Part shown: positions 15,146 to 24,154 of the stretch, piece by piece | Position numbering within the stretch: position 1 is the stretch's first letter | Layout: each line of letters starts with the position of its first letter | Virus record (IMG/VR): IMGVR_UViG_3300035685_000001 | Location: 1 to 64,000 of that record | Reading direction: 5' to 3' (one strand) | DNA length: 64,000 nt | DNA from: a virus | Notes under the pieces: model-generated | The model's input: only the letters and a program-made list of their open reading frames with translations | Databases searched by the model: none | Told to the model about the DNA's origin: nothing | Program-made: the position numbers and the translations under genes

Positions 15146-15373
15146 TTAAAAGCTAGTTGCTAGCTGTTCAATTACCTCCTCTGCTATACCGAAGCTTGAA
15201 ACAACAACTCCCAACTGATGCTCTATGTCATGCACCCAAAAAGTAGACCTATCAAGCCTTAAAATTGCCCATCCTGGATATTGCTTGTAATAGGTATAGT
15301 TTTGAGTTCTGCCACTTACTAGTACTGCGTCTAAAGGTGTTAGGCGTATCTGCTGTAATGTTGCTGTAGGCAT
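15146..15373 (-). CDS. Hypothetical protein
   Basis: Track ORF, co-directional. Hairpin terminator at 15098-15121 downstream. Confidence 0.45.
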   Translation of the reverse strand: MPTATLQQIRLTPLDAVLVSGRTQNYTYYKQYPGWAILRLDRSTFWVHDIEHQLGVVVSSFGIAEEVIEQLATSF

Positions 15374-15453
15374 TTGCTGTACTCCGTTTGCTCGCTACAT
15401 ACTATCTTAAGTGGCTTTTACGCAATCGTCAACAACTAGACTAATTTACCTTT

Positions 15454-15735
15454 TCAATTTGAACTGGCGCAAGGTGGCATATCCTTATATTCGCCATATT
15501 CATTAATCAAACAGATATCTTCACCTTCTCTAGCCTCTAGCCACTCTAAAGGCTCATAGTTATACCCAAAAAAATCTACAGTGACATTAATATTAGAATT
15601 AAAGCCAAAGTCTATTATTTTTCGGATAAATTTACGTTCGTGATAGATTTCTGCTAGTTGTTTTTCACCGTGATTGTACCAAGTATCAGACTGCTCGCCT
15701 GTTGTCTTGCTAAAGTATCCCCAATAAGTTGACAT
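15454..15735 (-). CDS. Hypothetical protein
   Basis: Track ORF; first gene of the leftward unit, divergent from promoter 15749. Confidence 0.45.
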   Translation of the reverse strand: MSTYWGYFSKTTGEQSDTWYNHGEKQLAEIYHERKFIRKIIDFGFNSNINVTVDFFGYNYEPLEWLEAREGEDICLINEYGEYKDMPPCASSN

Positions 15736-15748
15736 AGTATCTCAATAA

Positions 15749-15776
15749 TTGACGTTCTACTAAAATATAATACAAT
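15749..15776 (+). promoter_or_regulatory. Promoter for the helicase unit
   Basis: TTGACG, 16-nt spacer, TACAAT. Lies in a divergent intergenic region. Confidence 0.5.
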
Positions 15777-15799
15777 AAAGTAGATACTTAAGGGAAGCA

Positions 15800-17710
15800 A
15801 TGCAACACCCCGCAATAGAACGCATAAAACGAGAACTAGAGACTAAAGATTATCTACAACAGTTGTATCCGCACCAGAAAAAGGCTTACTTGGAGATAGC
15901 AGAAGCTTTTGTCACTGGCAGTAAAGCACCAGTCTTCCAGGCTGTAACAGGCTACGGCAAGAGCCAATTGGCAAGAGCAATAGTGCGTTCTACTTACGAG
16001 CGTATGATGAAAAATGACCCTAACAATATCCGCAGCAAGATACTGTGGTTAGGGAAAAATGACCATATTCTGACAAATGCTTATGAGCATCTGTTAGGTG
16101 TAGGATTGCCAGCTAATGATATTGGCATTATTAAAGCCTACAAGAGCGCATCAAAGTACCCCTTTGAGCCAGCTAAAAGAATCCAGATAGCGAGCATTCA
16201 GACTCTACAGTCTTGCTGGAATGATTGGAAAGCTAGGGGGTTGCTGTACATGATGGATTTCCAATTTATTGTGATAGATGAGTGCCATAACTTCTGCAAC
16301 CGCTCTAAGCTTTACAGTGGCATCATTGAACACTATCCCAATGTTCGTAAATTAGGACTAACTGCAACGCCTTACCACAAAGCTGGACTTAATGAGAACT
16401 TTGACAGCTTAATCCTATCGCTCACCCAGAAAGAACTTGCACACATGGGCTATCAGCCGTTTTGGGAAGTGTTCGGTACTGAGTCACCTGTAGACCGCAA
16501 GAGTTTAGCGGTAGGTGCTGACGGCGAATACACACAAAAGGCAGCTAAGAAGGCTGCTGATGCCATTGCAACAAAGCATGGTGACATCGTTAAAAGTTGG
16601 TTACAACACGTTGGCGATCGCTACGGTCATGTACCGACAATATTATTTGCTGAAAGCATTCAGCACAGTAAAGACTATTGCCAGTACATTAATGATGCTC
16701 AGTTAGTAGTTAACGGCAAACCACTCAAGGCTGTTCATATTGATGGAACAATGAAGTCTTGGGAAATGGATAAAGTCTTTGAGGCTATCCTCACTCGTGA
16801 AGCAACAATACTCTGTAACTGTGCAAAGTTCTTAGAAGGACTAGACTTAGCTACTGTTGCAGAGTCTAGAGGATTTCCTAAACTTGCATTCGGAGTCGTA
16901 CAAGACTTAACATTTGTTAACAGTATTAACCGACACAAGCAAAAGGTAGGCAGAGCTAGAGGCTTCTACTGGGAGGGTAAACTCATTGCAATCTACCTTG
17001 ACCATGTTGGAGCAAGTGAAGAACATGGAGACCCTGATACAGTTTACGAATGGAGCCTAGATGGTACACCTAAGAAAGCACCAGGTGAAAAGCCTGTTAA
17101 GTTGTGTCCACCGGAAGATAGAGGATGCGGTAAATTTATTCCACGCTTTTTAATGCAGTGTCCACATTGTGGTTACAATGGCTTTCCTAAACAGCTAGAG
17201 GAAGAATTAAAGCCTGAAGACTTACATGACAAAGAGACAGAGTTAGTCAGGCTAGAACGTACTAATCTAGACCGCTTTATGTTTATGCACAAAACCCAAG
17301 AAACAAAAGGATGGGCGATAGGGGAATTTGTAAAGTATGCCCCAACTTATCAAGAAATGTTACAGGCTTGCAAGATAGCCGACTATGACTGCTCACTTGC
17401 TTTGCAACGATGGGTAGAAGGGCAGAGGATAGCCTTGCAGAGCTATGATTGGTTACCAGAGTTTGAGACGGTACTAGACATCCTGAGTAAACTTAGAGAA
17501 CTGAGTGAACAGAAGGCATGGAAGAAAGCAAAAAAAGCCAAGCCTCTACAAACTTATGAGACATGGCTAAAGTTGGTCAGATCTATTAAAGGACAATCTT
17601 GGAAACCATCCATGCAAGAATTGCTTGCAATAGAAAAAACGGCAAAGTTTAAAAACACATGGGCATGGTCTGAAAGTCAACAGTTATTAAAACCAAGGAA
17701 ATGGGCATGA
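15800..17710 (+). CDS. SF2 DEAD/DEAH-box helicase with C-terminal zinc ribbon
   Basis: Motif I AVTGYGKSQ, II VIDECHN, III LGLTATP, VI QKVGRARG. Zinc ribbon CPPEDRGC...CPHCG. Confidence 0.7.
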   Translation: MQHPAIERIKRELETKDYLQQLYPHQKKAYLEIAEAFVTGSKAPVFQAVTGYGKSQLARAIVRSTYERMMKNDPNNIRSKILWLGKNDHILTNAYEHLLGVGLPANDIGIIKAYKSASKYPFEPAKRIQIASIQTLQSCWNDWKARGLLYMMDFQFIVIDECHNFCNRSKLYSGIIEHYPNVRKLGLTATPYHKAGLNENFDSLILSLTQKELAHMGYQPFWEVFGTESPVDRKSLAVGADGEYTQKAAKKAADAIATKHGDIVKSWLQHVGDRYGHVPTILFAESIQHSKDYCQYINDAQLVVNGKPLKAVHIDGTMKSWEMDKVFEAILTREATILCNCAKFLEGLDLATVAESRGFPKLAFGVVQDLTFVNSINRHKQKVGRARGFYWEGKLIAIYLDHVGASEEHGDPDTVYEWSLDGTPKKAPGEKPVKLCPPEDRGCGKFIPRFLMQCPHCGYNGFPKQLEEELKPEDLHDKETELVRLERTNLDRFMFMHKTQETKGWAIGEFVKYAPTYQEMLQACKIADYDCSLALQRWVEGQRIALQSYDWLPEFETVLDILSKLRELSEQKAWKKAKKAKPLQTYETWLKLVRSIKGQSWKPSMQELLAIEKTAKFKNTWAWSESQQLLKPRKWA

Positions 17711-17711
17711 G

Positions 17712-17963
17712 ATGTTTCTACCAGGCGATCGCATTCAAATATACTACAACGATTGGCTGCTTAAACTTTATCCTCAGAGTTTCAGACATCCTAAAATAGG
17801 TGGCTACCATAAGGTATGGATTGAGGTTTTGAGGATTTATCTGGACACTATTGGTGATTATGCTTACGTCTGCAAACGTTGCGATTGCAAAAACGTAGAT
17901 AGGCATGAGTTTGTAATCAGGATGAGTGAATTGATGCTAGAGAAAGACTCAAATGATAAGTAA
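17712..17963 (+). CDS. Hypothetical protein
   Basis: Track ORF starting 2 nt after the helicase stop. Confidence 0.45.
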   Translation: MFLPGDRIQIYYNDWLLKLYPQSFRHPKIGGYHKVWIEVLRIYLDTIGDYAYVCKRCDCKNVDRHEFVIRMSELMLEKDSNDK

Positions 17964-18003
17964 TTCAGGAGAAGACGATAACAGAGGTTCTATGTAGAAG
18001 ATA

Positions 18004-18873
18004 TTATTTCAACAACAACTGTGGCTGATGATTGTAGGGCAACAGCTTAAACTCTATCCGCTTAGGCTTAAAACTTTTAGGCAATGCCAACTTAACCGAT
18101 GCTTGTAAGTATTTCATTGCGTCACGCTCACCTTGAGGTAAATCTAATAGCGTATTAGTTAGCACATTATGAGTGCAGAGATAGAGTCGCAACTCTTCCA
18201 CTGGAAAGTAATCACGGATTAACTCATCTGACTTCATCGGCTTTCCTCTTGCTGCACCTAACCGCTTCGTCATCTGCTGACTAGTCTCTGTTGTAAGAGC
18301 AACGTTCATGCCATCGAACAAGGCAGCAAAATACTTGCTAACTCTTGGCTTGTTGTCATACCAGCCGTGATACTCCATCCAGTCTTTGCAAACATCAGTT
18401 AGTGCAAGACGAGCATCATTCTTGAGCCTCAGTCTTTCTTCAAGCCGTTCTAGGTCGAAAGTAGGTTCTTGAGTCTGAATAGGGTTCTTGCCAGTAAGTA
18501 GCCATTGTTTAATCCAACGACTAACTTGAATAGCGAACCTTGCTGAACACCATTGAGCTAATGGCACTGCTAAGTCAGGGTGAACATAAGTTCCACCACC
18601 ATTCTTTGCTGATCCGCGCTTAACAATAATAAGAGATGGGTACAAGGTTGCCACCCTTGTCTTTATTGAATTCGGCTTCGCGTCCGGATTGATTTCTAGC
18701 CCTAAGTCTTCTGCTAGTGCCTCAAATAACTCTAGTGTAGGAGTCGTTTTTAGCCAGTCTGAGATGTCTTTGTTGTGAGAGGCACACATTGCTGTGCCAT
18801 TAATAAAACCATCTGTTGAGCGTTGCTCAATTGTAAACCCATTGAAAGAATGTGCAATAATAGTAGAAGTCAT
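18004..18873 (-). CDS. KilA-N domain DNA-binding protein
   Basis: N-terminal FNGFTIEQRSTDGFINGTAMCASHNKDISDWLKT resembles the KilA-N signature. Confidence 0.55.
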   Translation of the reverse strand: MTSTIIAHSFNGFTIEQRSTDGFINGTAMCASHNKDISDWLKTTPTLELFEALAEDLGLEINPDAKPNSIKTRVATLYPSLIIVKRGSAKNGGGTYVHPDLAVPLAQWCSARFAIQVSRWIKQWLLTGKNPIQTQEPTFDLERLEERLRLKNDARLALTDVCKDWMEYHGWYDNKPRVSKYFAALFDGMNVALTTETSQQMTKRLGAARGKPMKSDELIRDYFPVEELRLYLCTHNVLTNTLLDLPQGERDAMKYLQASVKLALPKSFKPKRIEFKLLPYNHQPQLLLK

Positions 18874-18895
18874 GTTTTTACCTTGGTAGATGTTG

Positions 18896-18937
18896 AACGC
18901 TTCCGGACGGCTGCTCTAACAGCTTGGAAGCGTTTTT
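18896..18937. terminator. Long hairpin with plus-strand T-run inside a minus-strand unit
   Basis: Stem AACGCTTCC (18896-18904) / GGAAGCGTT (18926-18934) followed by T5 on the plus strand. Confidence 0.35.
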
Positions 18938-18971
18938 AGTATTTTACTACACAAGTCAATTATTTAGATAG

Positions 18972-20732
18972 TCAAGTCCACCACTTAGGTGTTTGGATCA
19001 TAAAATTGTACAGCGCATTGTACTTTGCTGAACCCGCTGTAAACTGACCCATATTTTCCAATGCACCCCAGTAACCAGAGTTCGACCAGTTACCAGCATC
19101 TTGGAAATGGCAGAATATCTCCCCTCCTGCATCCTTCCAGTCGGCAAGATACTTTAAGTAAGCTGTGTACATTCTTGCGTCACGATTAGCAGCAATGAAT
19201 AAGTTTTTAACAGACTGTTGCCCAGTGTAGTCAACATAATGTTGACCCCCCTCGTAGGCAATTAGTCGCTTGCTGATTGAGTTGCAATATGTTTTGTATT
19301 GGCTAGCCCAGTTTTTAGACTCTGCCAACTGACCTTGAGGATAAGCACCAGGTAGCAAACCGCCAGTATTAACTTGTGTAAATAGGTTGTCTAAAGTCCA
19401 ACCTGACACAATGGTTCTGTTGGGTTCATTTGAAGTGCCAGCTTCACTTCCAGCGTTAAAGTAAGGTGCGATCGCAATTGCGTCTAGGTTAGTTCTAGCA
19501 GCACCTTCTAAGGGCGTAGAATAAGCTTCTGAGGCTGTGTAGGTATTTGCTGCTTGCGCGCCTAAGACAACTGTTAAGCGGTTCAACACTCCGGCAAAAG
19601 CCGTCTTAAGAATTGCGCCCATTGCATCAGCTTTAAAGCCGTAGTAATTCAACCTCTTAGTGAATGCAGAATCTGCTGAGGCATACTTTTCAACTCCTCT
19701 ATCTTCAAACCATTGACCCTGAGTAAAGAGTGGGTTCCATACTTCGTTTGAGTACTCAACGTAAGCTTTCAGTGAGGCGTTAAGGTTTGATCTAATGTAA
19801 GTCGCAAACTGAGTAATGTAATTGTCATCTGCAAGGTGTGGAACGTGGAACCATCCATCGGCTCCTAACTTATTGCAGAGTGCTACTTGTATCTCAATTG
19901 GCACTCCTTTGTTATCCAGTGCGTAAGAGAAGTGCGTTGCACTAGCGCGATCGCTCCAAGTAGCCAATGGTGAGAAATTAGTTCGTTGCCAATCCATAAA
20001 CCGCACACACTGAAACTTCTGAAGGATTGCTAAATAGTCTGGGTTGAATATCTCTCCAGAATTTAACAGTGCTTCTTGAGACTCTTTAACTATCACTAAG
20101 TCCCTGAAGTGATTGGCAGGGTCTATCGCTGTAAAGTTTAACCAGACTGTACTTCCTCCAGCAGCTACATTAATTACTTGACGATTAGCGGTACTCTCTA
20201 CAACGCTCGCACGTAACCAACTAAAAGTACCATTTCCTACCCACGTCACTACATACCTACCTTCTGGCAAGTTATCTTCCGTTGCTGCGACAATCAGTTT
20301 TATCTGATTGAATGTCGCCGTAGAACTAGGCACCATCGTTGTTGCCCAACCATTAGTATCACGCTGAATCTTGCTAGTTTCTCCAGTGTCAAAAGTGCTG
20401 TCACTTGACGTGACGTACTCTCTAGCCTGTTTAGCAATATTAAGAAATACTAAGTTGCCGCTAAAATCTGTAACTGTGTTTAGTCCTATGCCAAGTGAGC
20501 CTTTAGTGGATGGTGACGGGTCTGTAAGTCTTGCTGGAATGCTAGTTAGAGCTTTAGGTTTGACTGTGACTAATTTAGGTCTGCTTATCTTCTTTGTGCC
20601 ATCGTCCTGAAGTATTTCGTAAGTGACACTGTAATTGCCTCCACTGGAAGGTATCCATTGCACAGCGTAAGGTGGTTGAGTTACGGGAGAACCCAAGTTA
20701 ATGCCATTGATTTTGAACTGAACTGAAGGCAT
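18972..20732 (-). CDS. Putative virion-associated glycoside hydrolase (clan GH-A-like TIM barrel) with N-terminal Ig-like region
   Basis: YVEYSNEVWN contains the NE acid/base motif typical of clan A glycosidases. Its start abuts the stop of the tail-tube paralog. Confidence 0.4.
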   Translation of the reverse strand: MPSVQFKINGINLGSPVTQPPYAVQWIPSSGGNYSVTYEILQDDGTKKISRPKLVTVKPKALTSIPARLTDPSPSTKGSLGIGLNTVTDFSGNLVFLNIAKQAREYVTSSDSTFDTGETSKIQRDTNGWATTMVPSSTATFNQIKLIVAATEDNLPEGRYVVTWVGNGTFSWLRASVVESTANRQVINVAAGGSTVWLNFTAIDPANHFRDLVIVKESQEALLNSGEIFNPDYLAILQKFQCVRFMDWQRTNFSPLATWSDRASATHFSYALDNKGVPIEIQVALCNKLGADGWFHVPHLADDNYITQFATYIRSNLNASLKAYVEYSNEVWNPLFTQGQWFEDRGVEKYASADSAFTKRLNYYGFKADAMGAILKTAFAGVLNRLTVVLGAQAANTYTASEAYSTPLEGAARTNLDAIAIAPYFNAGSEAGTSNEPNRTIVSGWTLDNLFTQVNTGGLLPGAYPQGQLAESKNWASQYKTYCNSISKRLIAYEGGQHYVDYTGQQSVKNLFIAANRDARMYTAYLKYLADWKDAGGEIFCHFQDAGNWSNSGYWGALENMGQFTAGSAKYNALYNFMIQTPKWWT

Positions 20733-21383
20733 TTACTCGACTCCTGTTGCTGTAAGGGTAATGGGTTCACCTTCTACGGGTTCAACGCCACTAGGTGTAA
20801 CTGTAGGTTCTGGCTCAAGGCTAGGTTGTCCACCATCTACTGCTAAACCTGTCTCTATCCCTGTTGCACTTAAGTCACCCCGTACTATTTTCATCCCTGT
20901 TACAGGGTCAGGATAGCCAACAATTACCATATTGTATGCAGACTGAGTGGTCTTACCAAATGCAAGACTGGCTTCAGTTTCAATTCCACCGTTAAGAATT
21001 GTAAACCAATCGTCTTTAGCTTCCGTAGGGAGAAAACCTTCATAAGGTTTAAGTAGAATCTTACGCTTAGGCACTCGCAACCCAGTAAGATCTCCGTACT
21101 CTAGCTTGCGCTTTGTTGGGTCTGCATTAATTGTGTACCTACTGGGATTAGTAGCTTGCCTAAAGAAATTTAAGCCTATCTCGCTAAGGCTTAACTCTAG
21201 GCGCACTTCTAGACCTGTAAAGCTTTTATCTGCTGGACTCTCACTTTGCTGAGTTTGATGCTCAGCCATCATGTCACTAATCGTTAGCGTGGCATCTTCT
21301 AGCTGATGTTCCCTCGCTATTATGAATTGCCCCGATTCACCAGGGGCAACAGTAACTTGAATGGGTCCGATGTGAGTACGCAC
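20733..21383 (-). CDS. Tail-tube-protein paralog with Pro/Glu/Thr-rich C-terminal extension
   Basis: Aligns along most of its length with 56091..56654 (RTHIGPI...REHQLEDAT...ADKSFTGLEV...YGDLTGLRVPKR...DDWFTIL...GYPDPVTGMK). Confidence 0.55.
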   Translation of the reverse strand: MRTHIGPIQVTVAPGESGQFIIAREHQLEDATLTISDMMAEHQTQQSESPADKSFTGLEVRLELSLSEIGLNFFRQATNPSRYTINADPTKRKLEYGDLTGLRVPKRKILLKPYEGFLPTEAKDDWFTILNGGIETEASLAFGKTTQSAYNMVIVGYPDPVTGMKIVRGDLSATGIETGLAVDGGQPSLEPEPTVTPSGVEPVEGEPITLTATGVE

Positions 21384-21564
21384 ATTTAATGCCTTACAAC
21401 TTATTTAAGATTAACCCTTGACGTAGTTAACCTACATTGAGTAAACATTCAGAAACTATGCCATAATCAATTCAGCGGTAACTGTTCTAATCCTGACAGT
21501 TCAACCGCTCGCCTACTGGTAATAGGGGTTTTGCTCACCTCTTGTAGGCGAAATATTCTCGCTC

Positions 21565-21594
21565 TTAAGCCCTCTAGAATTCTAGAGGGCTTAA
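21565..21594. other. 30-nt perfect palindrome between divergent units
   Basis: TTAAGCCCTCTAGAATTCTAGAGGGCTTAA. Confidence 0.6.
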
Positions 21595-21609
21595 AAATAT
21601 GTCTAGAGG

Positions 21610-21637
21610 TTGACGTTTAGGCAATAAACATTATTAT
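21610..21637 (+). promoter_or_regulatory. Phage promoter motif TTGACGTTTAGGCAATAA
   Basis: TTGACG, 16-nt spacer, TATTAT. Confidence 0.45.
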
Positions 21638-21815
21638 GGATGAAGAAACCTACTGTTTACTTATGAGCGCAACAAAATCGCTAAACAATCTAGCAACTGC
21701 AATAAAGCTGTACTACACCTTGAAAAGTAAACCAGCAGAGCAATTAACGGCTCATGAAAAAGTACATCTAGACAACATGGAGGCATACGCAACGTGGAAA
21801 AGCATAGACCTTTAA
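21636..21815 (+). CDS. Small hypothetical protein (59 aa; start uncertain)
   Basis: ATG 21636 overlaps the predicted -10 box, so ATG 21663 is an alternative start. In-frame stop at 21813-21815. Confidence 0.3.
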   Translation: MDEETYCLLMSATKSLNNLATAIKLYYTLKSKPAEQLTAHEKVHLDNMEAYATWKSIDL

Positions 21816-22306
21816 CCAAGAGAGATGATCAACTACTAGCATTCATTAGGCAGGGTTGGATTCCTTATCTTGTAGTTGAGCTTAATCAATCCAAGGGCGT
21901 TTACAGTGTTAACTCTGGTTCTAAAATGGGTTGTTATCACATTGTAAAACACAACGAACTTCTTGGTGCAACGTGCGACCATGAGTACGGTTCTTACAAT
22001 GACTATCACCCATGCAATCATATTAAGGCTGTGCAAGAGTACTTGTTGTCGTCCGATGGCTATGTGACATTCGATCAGGAAGTCCACGGAAGATGCTACT
22101 CTAAGAGCCTCAGAGCCACTAAGACTAAGAAGTCTTTGGAATGGCTGATTACAGACATTAGAGGGCAGTCAATAGGCTGTATGGGCGTTACGGTGTCACC
22201 TGACAAACCTATCCAGTGGTGGACAACCTATGAAGGTAATCACCAGGCCACTTGGGACAACTGCAATCAAGCCTTAGAATATCTACTTGCTGTTGTCAGC
22301 TTCTAA
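21794..22306 (+). CDS. SWIM-like zinc-finger protein
   Basis: GTG start with GGAGG 10 nt upstream. CDHEYGSYNDYHPCNHIKAV resembles a SWIM finger. Terminator at 22331-22354. Confidence 0.5.
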   Translation: MEKHRPLTKRDDQLLAFIRQGWIPYLVVELNQSKGVYSVNSGSKMGCYHIVKHNELLGATCDHEYGSYNDYHPCNHIKAVQEYLLSSDGYVTFDQEVHGRCYSKSLRATKTKKSLEWLITDIRGQSIGCMGVTVSPDKPIQWWTTYEGNHQATWDNCNQALEYLLAVVSF

Positions 22307-22330
22307 AATAGAATAATTGCTTAGAAGTCT

Positions 22331-22354
22331 ACCCGCTCACAAAGCGGGTTTTTT
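22331..22354 (+). terminator. Rho-independent terminator
   Basis: Stem ACCCGCT/AGCGGGT followed by T6. Confidence 0.7.
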
Positions 22355-22409
22355 AGTGCCTGTTTCTAGGCGGAAGGCGAGCTAATAGAAGACCAACTCC
22401 TGTCTAATC

Positions 22410-22509
22410 TGTCTTCTCTAAAAATACACCTCTAATGCTTATGGGGCAAGGTATTGAGCTAACGGGAGTAGCTAGATCTCAGTAATAAGAAGACCCTTGT
22501 AGTTCCGTC
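22410..22509 (+). repeat. Structured intergenic repeat, copy G
   Basis: ACACCTCTAATGCTTA...GAGCTAACGGGAG...CTAGATCTCAGTAATAAGAAGAC...GTAGTTCCGTC. The 3' half is nearly identical to copy K. Confidence 0.8.
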
Positions 22510-22604
22510 TATTTTCTTGCCTGGGTTCACCTCATGAGGTGCGATCGCGCTGGTCTTGATTACCCCAAGCTGCGAGCAACAGTGAAGTAACTACCTTACT
22601 GTAG

Positions 22605-22705
22605 GTTGCCCCACAAGAATTGCCCTCAAGTACTTACTGTATAAGGTGTTTAGCTAACGGGACTAGCGGAATATTTACTAGAGAATAGAGTAGGTTCTCC
22701 CGTCC
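22605..22705 (+). repeat. Structured intergenic repeat, copy H
   Basis: ...ACTTACTGTATAAGGTGTTTAGCTAACGGGAC...TTCTCCCGTCC, with stem ACGGGA/TCCCGT. Ends 11 nt before TTGACG 22717. Confidence 0.75.
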
Positions 22706-22716
22706 CAATAAATCCA

Positions 22717-22745
22717 TTGACGTTCTAATAAAAGTCTATTAAGAT
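22717..22745 (+). promoter_or_regulatory. Promoter
   Basis: TTGACG, 17-nt spacer, TAAGAT. Follows repeat copy H. Confidence 0.45.
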
Positions 22746-22799
22746 GATTACAGACGCAACGAACAAACTCTAGAACAAACTCTAAGGAATATCTAAACC

Positions 22800-24050
22800 A
22801 TGTCTAACTTGTTGCAATTCAGCGCTGATACATTCTCAAGCCTATCTACCCTGGAATATGCAAGCCAGTGGGAGCAAGTCGGGTTTGACCAACTTTGGGA
22901 AGATGAGCAGCTCATTATCACTGAGTTTTTAAGGCTCGCCAAAGGTGACACTGATATTGAGCTAAATTTCAAGAATGTTCTGCTAGTCAAGACTAATGAT
23001 GACCGGATGCTTCAGAACGTCTATGGACCTTCTATCTTCCGTGAATCAGAGAATGGTGACGGGTTAGTACTTAAAGCTGGTGCTAATGCATTCCCAGTAA
23101 TTCTTCAAAACGGGAAGCTGACAGTCGGTAATTTTACTGGCAAGTTTCATTGGGTTACTAAGAAGCGTCTTGATGAATCTACCTATGATGTCTTGGTTGC
23201 TCGCTTGTACGACAGCACCTCTGAAGACGACGATCCCCTCATGTATGAGTTTGGCTGTTCGTTGGCTGCTACAGACTCGACTATCGACGTTAACGGACGC
23301 ATTGAGAAGAATCCCCTATATCTGAGTCAACCAAAGCTAGACAAGCTGCTAGATGCCAATGCCGGATTGGGGCAATTCTTCTCAGCACCTAAGTCTGGTG
23401 GTGGCAGTATCTTCAAGATGCAAGAGATGTCTGCCAACACAGAGTATGAAGTAATTGACGTTGATGCTACCGAACCTCATCCAGAGTACGGAGTCTCTTA
23501 CATCTTGCGTTTAGCAGGGGGGGCAAGCTGTTTTGCTCGCGGCAACAGCGCAACGCTTCTAAAGAAAAACTTCAAGGGTATAAAAGACCAGCTTAAGTCC
23601 GGTAAAACTTGGACTCTTAAAATTGGTGCAATCACAGAAGAACGCGACAAAGATGGCAAAGTCAAGAAAACTTACGTTAACAATGCTCTCGTAGCACGTC
23701 AAGCGGCAATGAGTGGCAATGCCCCTAAGCCTATTCAACAAGCTCAGAAAGCGATCGCACCCGTAGCTGCTACTCCTAATAAGCCATCTTCAGTGGATGA
23801 CCTTATCAAATGGGCAACCGCTAAAGGTGTTAAAAAGGATGTGATTAACGGCTTGTTTGAAGATATCAACGCTGTAGCCGCTACAAGAGCAGCAGAAGGC
23901 TCACCAATGAGTAGCGAAGATAAACGAGATAGTTTTATGGCTTCTGTTGAGGCAGGTCTTAAAGCTCAAGCCACTCAGACATTAGACACTGTTGCAGTAG
24001 CAGTTGGTGACGATACTGAAACAGGAGGTGTTGATAATATCCCATTTTAA
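22800..24050 (+). CDS. Hypothetical protein with SSB-like C-terminal tip (GGVDNIPF)
   Basis: Ala/Lys-rich flexible C-terminal third ending in DNIPF. Terminator at 24081-24106. Confidence 0.5.
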   Translation: MSNLLQFSADTFSSLSTLEYASQWEQVGFDQLWEDEQLIITEFLRLAKGDTDIELNFKNVLLVKTNDDRMLQNVYGPSIFRESENGDGLVLKAGANAFPVILQNGKLTVGNFTGKFHWVTKKRLDESTYDVLVARLYDSTSEDDDPLMYEFGCSLAATDSTIDVNGRIEKNPLYLSQPKLDKLLDANAGLGQFFSAPKSGGGSIFKMQEMSANTEYEVIDVDATEPHPEYGVSYILRLAGGASCFARGNSATLLKKNFKGIKDQLKSGKTWTLKIGAITEERDKDGKVKKTYVNNALVARQAAMSGNAPKPIQQAQKAIAPVAATPNKPSSVDDLIKWATAKGVKKDVINGLFEDINAVAATRAAEGSPMSSEDKRDSFMASVEAGLKAQATQTLDTVAVAVGDDTETGGVDNIPF

Positions 24051-24080
24051 CTTTCATCCTCAATAGTTTGACTCGCTCCA

Positions 24081-24106
24081 AGCCTCCGAAAGGGGGCTTT
24101 GTTTTT
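24081..24106 (+). terminator. Rho-independent terminator
   Basis: Stem AGCCTCC/GGGGGCT followed by a T-rich tail. Confidence 0.65.
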
Positions 24107-24133
24107 GACATTGTACTAACACTCAGCTAAACT
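24105..24133 (+). promoter_or_regulatory. Promoter
   Basis: TTGACA, 17-nt spacer, TAAACT. Merges with the T-run of the preceding terminator. Confidence 0.5.
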
Positions 24134-24154
24134 TGATTTATCTAAACGTCAATA

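Noticed and set aside
21636-21815. A third frameshift-split gene (59-aa ORF overlapping 21794..22306 in the -1 frame)
   Set aside because: The downstream ORF has its own GTG preceded by GGAGG at ideal spacing. The only homopolymer present is A4. Two ordinary overlapping genes is the simpler reading.
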